Part shown: one piece after another, positions 56,297 to 64,000 of the stretch
Position numbering within the stretch: the first letter of the stretch is position 1
How the letters are laid out: each line of letters starts with the position of its first letter
Sequence record: NC_014636.1
Reading direction: 5' to 3' (one strand)
DNA: 64,000 nt
Notes under the pieces: model-generated
What the model was told of the DNA's origin: nothing
The model's database searches: none
Seen by the model: only the letters and a program-made list of their open reading frames with translations
Program-made: the position numbers and the translations under genes

Positions 56297-56686
56297 TTAG
56301 ACAGAACACACTGGAATCAGAGCGCCTTTGGATTCTTCACCAGACGTCGCTGGCTCGATTTTGTTTACTTGCTTATACGCTTCCACGACTAGCTCGTCGT
56401 AACGTTGTTTGGAGCTCATCCACAAGCTCTCCAGAACGTCTTTGTCCAGCACACTTTGCATAGTGATTTTGCGCAGCTTGGAGATAGCGTAGATGTAACC
56501 ATCTTTGTTACATACATGCAGACATTCTTCCGCGTGTTGTTTGAGGCGATCAATCTCTCTGGCATTCTTAGCAAGATGTTTTTTAGCGCGTTTCTCTGCT
56601 AGTTCGCGGAGAACTTTTTCCTGGCGCTCTTTGATTTCAGTTTCAATTTCATCATGCACTTCGGCACTAATAGGTTGTTCAGTCAT
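56297..56686 (-). CDS. a-gt.4: Conserved T4-like protein a-gt.4
   Basis: A.K.L.KN.REI.RLK.HAE......K..YIYAI.KLR; syntenic downstream of 55. Confidence 0.75.
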   Translation of the reverse strand: MTEQPISAEVHDEIETEIKERQEKVLRELAEKRAKKHLAKNAREIDRLKQHAEECLHVCNKDGYIYAISKLRKITMQSVLDKDVLESLWMSSKQRYDELVVEAYKQVNKIEPATSGEESKGALIPVCSV

Positions 56687-56930
56687 TTTGTTTCCATGTA
56701 AAGTTGTAATAAGAGTCGGCCACAATGCCAGTTCTAATAATTTCTTGCTTTAATTTGCCATGCTTTACGCTTATGACGTCAGATCGAATAGAAAGAGGAT
56801 CAATAATCACCGGGATTCCAGATTCGAGTAGTTTTATTTTGAGCATATAGCTAATTAGATCGGCTTCGAAATTACATTCGGCATAATTTTCGGCAACGTT
56901 AATTTGTACGTTGATATTATTCTGTATCAT
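56679..56930 (-). CDS. a-gt.5: a-gt.5-like protein
   Basis: IPVIIDPLS motif; directly downstream of gene 55; GAGG SD. Confidence 0.5.
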   Translation of the reverse strand: MIQNNINVQINVAENYAECNFEADLISYMLKIKLLESGIPVIIDPLSIRSDVISVKHGKLKQEIIRTGIVADSYYNFTWKQND

Positions 56931-57441
56931 CTTCGTCATCCTCAAGGAATGACAGTCCGACTGGTTGCTTTGGCTTTTTGGCTTTAGTCTTTTTCAAATT
57001 AGCCTCAAAGTCATTCGCTTTCGTCATCATGTCATTGTAGAATGCGAGATCGACAAGTTTTGCCATATCTTCGTCTTCCGCGTCATGAACGTGTTCCAAA
57101 AAGTATTTGTACTTTGCTGCTTCTTCTTTCTTGGAGTGTCTAATGCGGGCAATGAATGCGCGGGCGCAGATCATCGTGATATAAGCATGAGGATTTGTGT
57201 AGCGGTCGGTGTCAAAGTTCTTGCAATATTTCAAGCAAGTTTCAACTGCATCGCCAACCATGAGTTCTTTCCAGGTGTCTGTGTAGCGACTAAATCGCCA
57301 GTAATTGGTGAACCCGTTCGCGATTTTCATTATTGCGGACCCAATACTATTGGGCATTGGATGATTTGGATTTTCTTTTAAGTGATCTTTCCAAGATTTG
57401 AATTCTTGATAAAGCCACTCGTTATCGACATAATTTGCCAT
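56917..57441 (-). CDS. 55: Late sigma factor gp55
   Basis: NYVDN..LY, IG.AIMKIA.G.....FSRY...WKE.M.GD, FD..RY.NPHAYIT. Confidence 0.96.
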   Translation of the reverse strand: MANYVDNEWLYQEFKSWKDHLKENPNHPMPNSIGSAIMKIANGFTNYWRFSRYTDTWKELMVGDAVETCLKYCKNFDTDRYTNPHAYITMICARAFIARIRHSKKEEAAKYKYFLEHVHDAEDEDMAKLVDLAFYNDMMTKANDFEANLKKTKAKKPKQPVGLSFLEDDEDDTE

Positions 57442-57496
57442 AGAGTAATACTTCCCTTGTTTGTTGACAAGAGAAGTATACTATGATTTATATGAT

Positions 57497-58939
57497 CTAT
57501 AAACTTCTTGACTTATTAATCCACTCGGAAACAAGCTTAACGTGTTCCGGTTGAATCGCATCTAGTTTATAATCCAGCGTTCTGCACCAGCGATAGAATT
57601 TACCTTGTTCCGCTTTGGTAAAATCAAAGAGATTGGCAAACGTCACTCGCTTTTTTCTTGGTGCGGTTTCTTGTTTTCTCTCTTTACGAGCCGGACCAGA
57701 TACCATATGAGAAGTGTCAATTTTAGACTCCAATAAGTATCTCGACTTGAGATATTCAGCGGCGCGAAGATCTGGCACCAATAGACTGACTTTCCACGTC
57801 GAATGCTGATTTCGAATATCAGTTCGCAAGCATAGCTGGAACACGGGTTCAAGATATTTCGACACAAGAAACGCATCGATCAACTTGTTTGCGTCCATTT
57901 TATGACATTCGGACAGACATTTCAACAACTCTATTTGCCACGGCATTGGGTTATAGCTGAATAGCGCGACCGCAGTCGTATGGCTCATATAGTTGTTTAG
58001 ACCATGTGGATTATATGCCACTCGGTGTCCAACTTTCAACGCAGCTCGGTAGCTGTTTGTCGTGTAGATAAAGGGAGTCATTCCAACTAGATCATAGACT
58101 GTATCTTTGACTTTGTTGTAAACACTTTCTCCGTCAACGTCTTTATCAGCAGAATAACGCGACCAGATCCCGTTGTAAAGTGGAATAATCTCGACTCGAC
58201 TTGAATTTGGATACTGAATGAAATCCAGCTTCTTCATCAGTGGGCTAGTCTTGAAACTCCAACCGCAAAACTCTTTGAGAATTACGCCAGTAAACGTCTC
58301 TCGGAAGTTCGCACATGCTATGGTAATTCGATCAAAAACATGCCACTTTTGTGTTGTGCTGTCGTCGATGAAATATACCACATTGTCTTTTAGAATAACA
58401 GGAATGCCTTGCAAAAGCGATCTCGCTAGTGAGAAAACAGAAGATGAAACAACGTCATGACCATATAGACCATCTGTTGCAATCTTGTTTAAGTTTTCTC
58501 TACACTCTTCCTTGAGTGACATCTTTCCTTCATCAATATTACAGAACTTGCCGATGAAGTCAAGGTTATCCGTAAATTTTAGCTGATTGAGTTGTACCAA
58601 ATCTGGTACTTCATCAATATACAGCTCATAGCCTTTCATGTCATCATAATCAGGATACGCAAGCAATGCGGCATGAGTTATGAACAGAACACGGTTTTTA
58701 CCAATCGATTCGCTGATAACATCGCTAACGCTTTTACTTCGGCTAACATGATCTGAATCAATGATAATGCTATCATTTTCGCCTGTTATGTTGTTGTAAA
58801 AGTCATAACTTTGTTGTGACAACTGACAACTGATTGACGCAATGATACAAGGCTTTTTGTTCTTTCTAACGTGAGTCAAGATCGCTTTCGTTTTACCGGC
58901 AGCAGGTACAGCTTGTAAGATCTCGACGTTAGATGCCAT
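57497..58939 (-). CDS. SF2-like helicase/ATPase of unknown role
   Basis: AVPAAGKT (Walker A-like), FITHAAL, YIDEVP (Walker B), ACANF, QLCLRTDIR. Confidence 0.6.
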   Translation of the reverse strand: MASNVEILQAVPAAGKTKAILTHVRKNKKPCIIASISCQLSQQSYDFYNNITGENDSIIIDSDHVSRSKSVSDVISESIGKNRVLFITHAALLAYPDYDDMKGYELYIDEVPDLVQLNQLKFTDNLDFIGKFCNIDEGKMSLKEECRENLNKIATDGLYGHDVVSSSVFSLARSLLQGIPVILKDNVVYFIDDSTTQKWHVFDRITIACANFRETFTGVILKEFCGWSFKTSPLMKKLDFIQYPNSSRVEIIPLYNGIWSRYSADKDVDGESVYNKVKDTVYDLVGMTPFIYTTNSYRAALKVGHRVAYNPHGLNNYMSHTTAVALFSYNPMPWQIELLKCLSECHKMDANKLIDAFLVSKYLEPVFQLCLRTDIRNQHSTWKVSLLVPDLRAAEYLKSRYLLESKIDTSHMVSGPARKERKQETAPRKKRVTFANLFDFTKAEQGKFYRWCRTLDYKLDAIQPEHVKLVSEWINKSRSL

Positions 58940-59177
58940 TATCCACACCAAATGCGATTGCACCGTATTCTTTCAGAATGAAAGCTACCAGATGTTCGCG
59001 CAGTGCAAATTTAAACCACTTTTGATCTTCGAACTGAGCAACAACGGCAGAATGCATCCACTCGACTTGTTCATCCAACCATTTTGGATCGCAAGCAAGA
59101 CCGGTCTTCTTCCGAGTCTCAACTGCTTCAACGATTCGTGAATTGCAGATGTTGCCAAAAATTACAGCAGTATTCAT
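58929..59177 (-). CDS. Hypothetical protein
   Basis: 82-aa ORF with GAGG SD. Confidence 0.6.
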   Translation of the reverse strand: MNTAVIFGNICNSRIVEAVETRKKTGLACDPKWLDEQVEWMHSAVVAQFEDQKWFKFALREHLVAFILKEYGAIAFGVDNGI

Positions 59178-59254
59178 TTTTTAATCACCTCTTGTCTTGG
59201 TATAAGCATATTCTTGCATAACCAAAATGTTTAGTCAACAAAAAAGGTTCTGAC

Positions 59255-59761
59255 TTACGCCAGAACCTTGTTCCAATACTTATAGTTCATCTTTCTAGCT
59301 GTCTTGTAGCACTCAGCTGGATGCAACGGATGCTTATGCAAACGTTTAGCTGACTTTACCACTCTAGCGTAGCCGTCTGAATGAATGTAGATCAGCCCTG
59401 CCCACTCAGGAACTTCATCTGGCTTGATAAGTTGATCGGGCACTGCATACCAGAAATAATTGGACATATGTCCCATTTCTAGGGCTTCTCGTTTTGTAAA
59501 TCTAACAAACTTGTGAGTACGATAATTTATCGGCTTGTCAAGTTTGATTGATACTCTAACACTCTTTTTCGCGTCAACTTTAAAATCGGCACGACTCACT
59601 TTGATTTCGATTTCATCGCAGAGTCCACTGGGTCTGAGACCGAATAAATCTGCCTCATTATCATACATTGTGTAGCAGTTAGGCACAAGTATATCGTACC
59701 GCTTTTGAAACTCTGGAGTCTTCGCTATTGCTCGCTGAACATCAGCTTCCGTCATTTTCAT
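59255..59761 (-). CDS. PD-(D/E)xK nuclease, MmcB-like
   Basis: EADL....SG..DEIEIKVSRADF..D and VPEWAGLIY. Confidence 0.7.
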   Translation of the reverse strand: MKMTEADVQRAIAKTPEFQKRYDILVPNCYTMYDNEADLFGLRPSGLCDEIEIKVSRADFKVDAKKSVRVSIKLDKPINYRTHKFVRFTKREALEMGHMSNYFWYAVPDQLIKPDEVPEWAGLIYIHSDGYARVVKSAKRLHKHPLHPAECYKTARKMNYKYWNKVLA

Positions 59762-60045
59762 AATTCACCGGCCTCATATTTTTCTTTGAATGTCTGGTAT
59801 CCACCTATCCACTTATCGTCAACGAAGATCTGTGGATATTGGCGAGGCCTAGTGTCTTTATTCGCTCTAGTCTTGCATTCGTCGATGCGCTCAATGTCAT
59901 AACGAAAGCCCATCGGACTTTCGTCTTTAATTAGCACAGGGATAAACTCATAATCAAATGAATATGACTTGCAGAAATCAACGGCAGCAATACAACCGGG
60001 ACACTTGAACAACTCTTCCGGTATGCCGTAGATTTCTATTTTCAT
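59758..60045 (-). CDS. nrdH: Glutaredoxin NrdH
   Basis: KIEIYGIPE...CPGC, YPQIF, IGGY. Confidence 0.8.
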   Translation of the reverse strand: MKIEIYGIPEELFKCPGCIAAVDFCKSYSFDYEFIPVLIKDESPMGFRYDIERIDECKTRANKDTRPRQYPQIFVDDKWIGGYQTFKEKYEAGEL

Positions 60046-60314
60046 GCGTTTTCGTTAACCCAAGCCTTGAGTTCTTCGAATCCACCAATATATTGACCGT
60101 CAATGAATGCTTGTGGCATAGAAGTGACAACGACGCCGTGTTCCTTAGCGCGACGGGTCAGATCTGCTTTATTTACTTTGTGTTCTTCTGTCTTGCTGAT
60201 TTTAGCGATAGGCAGAAAAACATAATCTACCATACGGGTATCAAGCAGACGCTTGGCATTCAGGCATGGTTTGCATTCGAGTTCATTTGGATCAAATCCG
60301 TACAGCTCAATCAT
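60042..60314 (-). CDS. nrdC: Glutaredoxin/thioredoxin NrdC
   Basis: YGFD....CKPC.NAKRLL, MPQAF.DG.YIGGF. Confidence 0.8.
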   Translation of the reverse strand: MIELYGFDPNELECKPCLNAKRLLDTRMVDYVFLPIAKISKTEEHKVNKADLTRRAKEHGVVVTSMPQAFIDGQYIGGFEELKAWVNENA

Positions 60315-60323
60315 TTTTATTCC

Positions 60324-60701
60324 TTACATCGTTTGTGTGAATGTCCTGGAAACGATATCCAGTTGTTGTTCTCTTGTCAGAGAATTAAATCTAACAGCAT
60401 AGCCTGAAATGCGAACAACGATATTCGGATATAGTTCCGGTTGTTCCATCGCAAGCAATAGCTGATCTCGGCTCAATACATTAACATTGAGGTGGAATCC
60501 GCTATTTTGCATGACTTCGATTTCAACATCACGGAATGCGTTATTCGCGATCTCCGTTTTAATTGATTCGTATTTCACGCTTCCATTTTTAAATACTTCA
60601 TCTTCCCCATAACCAGGAGCACAAATAACCCTAACGGCTTCTTCGGTCATAAGAAAAATACCGCCTTTCAGACGGCCACTTAATACTTGTATTGCGTTCA
60701 T
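60324..60701 (-). CDS. grcA: Autonomous glycyl radical cofactor GrcA (T4 vs.6-like)
   Basis: HLNVNVL...L..A...PE.YP...VRISGYAVRFNSLT.EQQ.D...RTF. Confidence 0.93.
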   Translation of the reverse strand: MNAIQVLSGRLKGGIFLMTEEAVRVICAPGYGEDEVFKNGSVKYESIKTEIANNAFRDVEIEVMQNSGFHLNVNVLSRDQLLLAMEQPELYPNIVVRISGYAVRFNSLTREQQLDIVSRTFTQTM

Positions 60702-61177
60702 AGTTTCTCGATATAAATGATTCGTTGATTGGCAGAGCCTCTGAATTTAAGATCAACATCTTTCAATTCTTCCACGAATTTACCATCAACGAGTACGTCA
60801 ATCAGTGAGGTAACTATAACATGTTTTCTCGATTCAAGTAAACATTCCTCGCGAGTATATCCAGTCCATAGCCAGACAGTTTTATCTGGAAACTCAGCAC
60901 GAAACCATTCTAGAAATGAAATCAGAGCGTCTAGATTGCGCTCATAGAACGGATCACCACCAAGCAGTGAGATACCATCACGTTTGATTCTACTATCGCG
61001 CATATCGCGTTCCACGAGTTTTCGCAGTTGAATTTCTTCTTCTGTCTTACCTTCCCACTTCCATGTGTGCTTGCTGAAACATCCTTTACATTGGTGACTG
61101 CATCCAGCAAGCCAAATGCTAGAACGAACACCGGTTCCGTTTAATACGTCTAGTGACTTGTAATCCATTATTTTCAT
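60698..61177 (-). CDS. nrdG: Anaerobic ribonucleotide reductase activase (radical SAM)
   Basis: NGTGVR, CSHQCKGC, LGGDPF, DGKF, FRGSANQRII; start MKIMDY at 61177. Confidence 0.95.
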   Translation of the reverse strand: MKIMDYKSLDVLNGTGVRSSIWLAGCSHQCKGCFSKHTWKWEGKTEEEIQLRKLVERDMRDSRIKRDGISLLGGDPFYERNLDALISFLEWFRAEFPDKTVWLWTGYTREECLLESRKHVIVTSLIDVLVDGKFVEELKDVDLKFRGSANQRIIYIEKL

Positions 61178-61191
61178 ATTAGCTCCAAAGT

Positions 61192-61213
61192 TAAAAGGGC
61201 CCGAAGGCCCTTT
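61192..61213 (-). terminator. Hairpin/terminator between nrdD and nrdG
   Basis: AAAGGGCC-TTCG-GGCCCTTT(T). Confidence 0.65.
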
Positions 61214-61214
61214 A

Positions 61215-63326
61215 TTACATATGTTTGACACGACGCTGGACTTCGTCCTGTTTGCCGACGTTAAATGCGCGAGATCCAGGGTTACCCAAATACCCACAGA
61301 CGCGACGAATAACGTTCATCTTACGGTCATCGTGATTGCCACACTTCGGACATTCGTATCCTTTAGAAGTAGCGGTAAACTCACCGTTAAATCCACATTC
61401 AAAACAAACATCAACTGGAGTGTTTGTTCCATAGTACGGAGTGTTCCGATAAGCATAATCCCAAACTGCTTCGAGTGCTTCCAGATTGTGTTTCATATTC
61501 GGATATTCACCGTATGAAATGAAACCACCGGTACTAAGCGGAATGAATTGCTTTTCAAAATCGATCTTGTCATACGGATTTGTGTTCATATCCACAGACA
61601 GATGGAAGCTGTTTGTGTAATAGTCTTTATCAAACACCTTGTGCTCATACAGAGCGTGATCGATCTTAGCGAAACGATAACACAGACTTTCAGATGGAGT
61701 GCCATACAGACTAAACGCCAGTCCAGTTTCTGCTTTCCACGCATTAGCCATTTCTTTCATGCGAGACAATACGTCCAGCAAGAATGCTTGTTTCTCGGCG
61801 TTTTCCATAACGTGCGATTCATCGTTGAACTTGATGATCTCAGATACTTCATGCAATCCAATATAGCCAATGCTAACAGATGCGCGACCATTTTCAAATG
61901 CTTTCATGATGTCATCATTTGGTTTCAGACGAACACCACAAGCACCTTCAACATAAAGAATCGGAGCAACGCTTGCCTTGACACCACGCAGACGATCAAC
62001 GCGAGTCAACAAAGCTTTCTTAACGATTTCCATACGCTCTTCCAGAATTTCAAAGAAGCGCATTTGATTGCCGTTTGCGTCGAGTGCGATACGCGGCAAG
62101 TTCAGAGTAACAACACCGAGATTGTTTCTGCCTTCATGAACTTCATTACCGGTTTCGTCTTCCCAGCGATGCAAGAAACTACGGCATCCCATAGGGAACT
62201 TAAAGCTACCAGTCACTTCTACCACTTTATCATAACTCAAGATGTCTGGATACATACGCTTGGCAGCGCACTCCAGTGCCATCTGTTTGATACGATACAG
62301 AGGATCAGTTGGTTTCAAGTTGTGTCCGTCTTTCAGCGCGAAAACAAGTTTCGGGAAAACGGGAGTAATACCTTCTTTGCCAAGACCTTTCATCCGAACT
62401 TTCAGAATTGCTTCCTGAATGAGTTCGGATTCCCAGCTAGTGCCTAGTCCAAACCCGAAAGTGCAGAATGGAGTTTGACCATTTGCCGAGTGCAGAGTGT
62501 TTACCTCATACTCTAGGCTTTGCATTGCATCATACACGGCTTTGCGAGTCTTTTCAATAGCGTATTGCCTTTGATCTGGAATTTTCCAATAACGCGCTTC
62601 ATCCAAATGCTTTTCATGTGTCATCTTAACATAAGGTGCCAATGCTTCGTCAATGCGATTAATTGTGTTGCCACCATAAATGTGACTTGCAACCTGTGCA
62701 ATGATTTGAGCAGTAACAGCCGCAGCGGTAGCGATGCTCTTAGGAGTTTCGATCTGTGCATTACCCATGCGGAACCCACGCTCTAACATGCCGTTGAGAT
62801 CAATCAACATGCAGTTAAACATTGGGAAGAACGGAGAGTAATCAAGATCATGGAAGTGAATAAAACCAGCTTCGTGTGCTTGCAGAACTTCGGTCGGCAG
62901 ATAGTGCTTTGCAAAGTGCTTGCTTACTATGCCCGCGACTAAATCGCGTTGTGTCGGAATAACTTTTGCATCTTTGTTTGCATTCTCATTCATGATCCCT
63001 TCGTCTTCTTGCTTCATCAGTCCGACGATTCGCTTGGTCATATCGCTGTTCATATCGCGAGCAACGTCACGATCATAGCGGTATTCGATGTAGGCGCGAG
63101 CCACAGCAGGGTAACGGGAGCGCATTAGGGTATCTTCAACAACGCGCTGGATCTCTTCAATCGTTACGGTGTTGCGTCCAATCAGCTTTCGAACTACTGC
63201 TTCCGTAGCGTGATGCGGGAATGTTGGATCGGTGATATTGATAGACTTGAGGGAGTTGGAGATTGCTGTTTCAATAAAAGACTGGTCGAAATTAACGACT
63301 CGGCCGTCTCGTTTTTGTACTTGCAT
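61215..63326 (-). CDS. nrdD: Class III anaerobic ribonucleoside-triphosphate reductase, uninterrupted
   Basis: N-terminal ATP cone, ENANKD, IHFHDLDY, PMGCRS, YYTNS, C..C...C..C Zn site, RRVCGYLG. Confidence 0.98.
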   Translation of the reverse strand: MQVQKRDGRVVNFDQSFIETAISNSLKSINITDPTFPHHATEAVVRKLIGRNTVTIEEIQRVVEDTLMRSRYPAVARAYIEYRYDRDVARDMNSDMTKRIVGLMKQEDEGIMNENANKDAKVIPTQRDLVAGIVSKHFAKHYLPTEVLQAHEAGFIHFHDLDYSPFFPMFNCMLIDLNGMLERGFRMGNAQIETPKSIATAAAVTAQIIAQVASHIYGGNTINRIDEALAPYVKMTHEKHLDEARYWKIPDQRQYAIEKTRKAVYDAMQSLEYEVNTLHSANGQTPFCTFGFGLGTSWESELIQEAILKVRMKGLGKEGITPVFPKLVFALKDGHNLKPTDPLYRIKQMALECAAKRMYPDILSYDKVVEVTGSFKFPMGCRSFLHRWEDETGNEVHEGRNNLGVVTLNLPRIALDANGNQMRFFEILEERMEIVKKALLTRVDRLRGVKASVAPILYVEGACGVRLKPNDDIMKAFENGRASVSIGYIGLHEVSEIIKFNDESHVMENAEKQAFLLDVLSRMKEMANAWKAETGLAFSLYGTPSESLCYRFAKIDHALYEHKVFDKDYYTNSFHLSVDMNTNPYDKIDFEKQFIPLSTGGFISYGEYPNMKHNLEALEAVWDYAYRNTPYYGTNTPVDVCFECGFNGEFTATSKGYECPKCGNHDDRKMNVIRRVCGYLGNPGSRAFNVGKQDEVQRRVKHM

Positions 63327-63352
63327 TTGTGTTTCCGTTGTGAGTGTGAAGG

Positions 63353-63380
63353 AAAAGAAAAACGAGTCTTTCGACTCGTT
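63353..63380 (-). terminator. Terminator upstream of nrdD
   Basis: AACGAGTC-GAAA-GACTCGTT followed by a T-rich run. Confidence 0.7.
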
Positions 63381-63413
63381 TGTATTGTACTGCTATTTAG
63401 AGTGTAGATAAAC

Positions 63414-63806
63414 TTAGCCGAACAAAGAAAGTAGCTTGGTATCTTCTGCTTTCAGATTATCCACGATTGCTTTCAGTTCAGCATAACGAATCGAGCAACG
63501 ACCACTATTCACGTTGATGCCTGCCTCTTTCAGAGCGGACAACGGGATAGATTTCAAGTTGTCGAAATAGATGTCGTTGGTGTTGACTTCTTTGCCGGTT
63601 GCAGTGCCAGAACGAATGCTGGTGATCTCTGCAAAATACGCTTTGTTCCCTTTGTCAACGATGGCGATGTACTTCATCTTGTTGACACGTTCCTCCGCAC
63701 CGATGAAGCCTTTAGCACGTTTCAGAGCAATCATTCGCTCAAAAGTCAGGCAGCCAGCAGCGTCATCTTGGTCACGGCTCGGGATTACTACGATGGTATC
63801 TTGCAT
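63414..63806 (-). CDS. Hypothetical protein
   Basis: GAGG SD before MQDTIVV at 63806; own TTGACT promoter at about 63838-63866. Confidence 0.65.
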   Translation of the reverse strand: MQDTIVVIPSRDQDDAAGCLTFERMIALKRAKGFIGAEERVNKMKYIAIVDKGNKAYFAEITSIRSGTATGKEVNTNDIYFDNLKSIPLSALKEAGINVNSGRCSIRYAELKAIVDNLKAEDTKLLSLFG

Positions 63807-63872
63807 GATTTCTTCCTCAGTTTTGTTTCGATGTAGACATATTAACAGGACAGAATCGTGAGTCAACAACTT

Positions 63873-63998
63873 TTATTTATTTTTCGGGAAACCCAGAACA
63901 CTAAAGCCAGCCGACTCACACAACTGAATAACAGATTGAACATCCTGATATTCGTTGTTTGTGCAATACGCTTGGCGATCTTCCAGAACAAGACTCAG
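63873..63998 (-). CDS. C-terminal end of a hypothetical protein entering from beyond the window
   Basis: Open frame LSLVLEDRQAYC...GFSVLGFPKNK-stop. Confidence 0.4.
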   Translation of the reverse strand: MSLVLEDRQAYCTNNEYQDVQSVIQLCESAGFSVLGFPKNK

Positions 63999-64000
63999 AT

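Noticed and set aside
57464-57500. Plus-strand TTGACA that could drive antisense RNA into the helicase gene
   Set aside because: No -10 hexamer at 16-18 nt spacing
63353-63400. Possible ~35-nt late small RNA (CTAAATA at 63394-63400 just before a terminator; similar at 56294-56300)
   Set aside because: The 7-mer is expected many times by chance in AT-rich DNA and there is no other support

Overview
This is a 64-kb segment of a large T4-like myophage (Straboviridae-type). The host cannot be read from the sequence; gene sizes and a CTAAATA-type late promoter recall Aeh1-like Aeromonas phages. Almost all early and replication genes lie on the minus strand: td, frd, 32, 59, 33, dsbA, rnh; then asiA, 52, ndd, rIIB, rIIA, 39(+60), dexA, dUTPase, 61, 41, 40, uvsX, 43, regA, 62, 44, 45, rpbA, 46, 47, 55, nrdH, nrdC, grcA, nrdG, nrdD. 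A plus-strand late block (6.4-24.0 kb) holds the long tail fibre genes and a lysis cassette. The notable departures from the T4 plan are: (1) two complete gp36-headed distal fibre genes with shuffled shared modules, behind a ~1,300-aa lectin-extended gp35; (2) a ~983-codon late carbohydrate-binding fibre gene in the alpha-gt slot, broken by one in-frame TGA, one A5 frameshift and probably a second; (3) a Nudix hydrolase resembling eukaryotic NUDT16/X29; (4) two copies of a ~70-bp conserved non-coding element 25 kb apart, plus an orphan SF2-like helicase; (5) several sigma70-type promoters built into perfect inverted repeats. I found no tRNA, rRNA, CRISPR array, intron or reverse transcriptase. 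Family assignments come from motifs recognised by eye, not from database searches.
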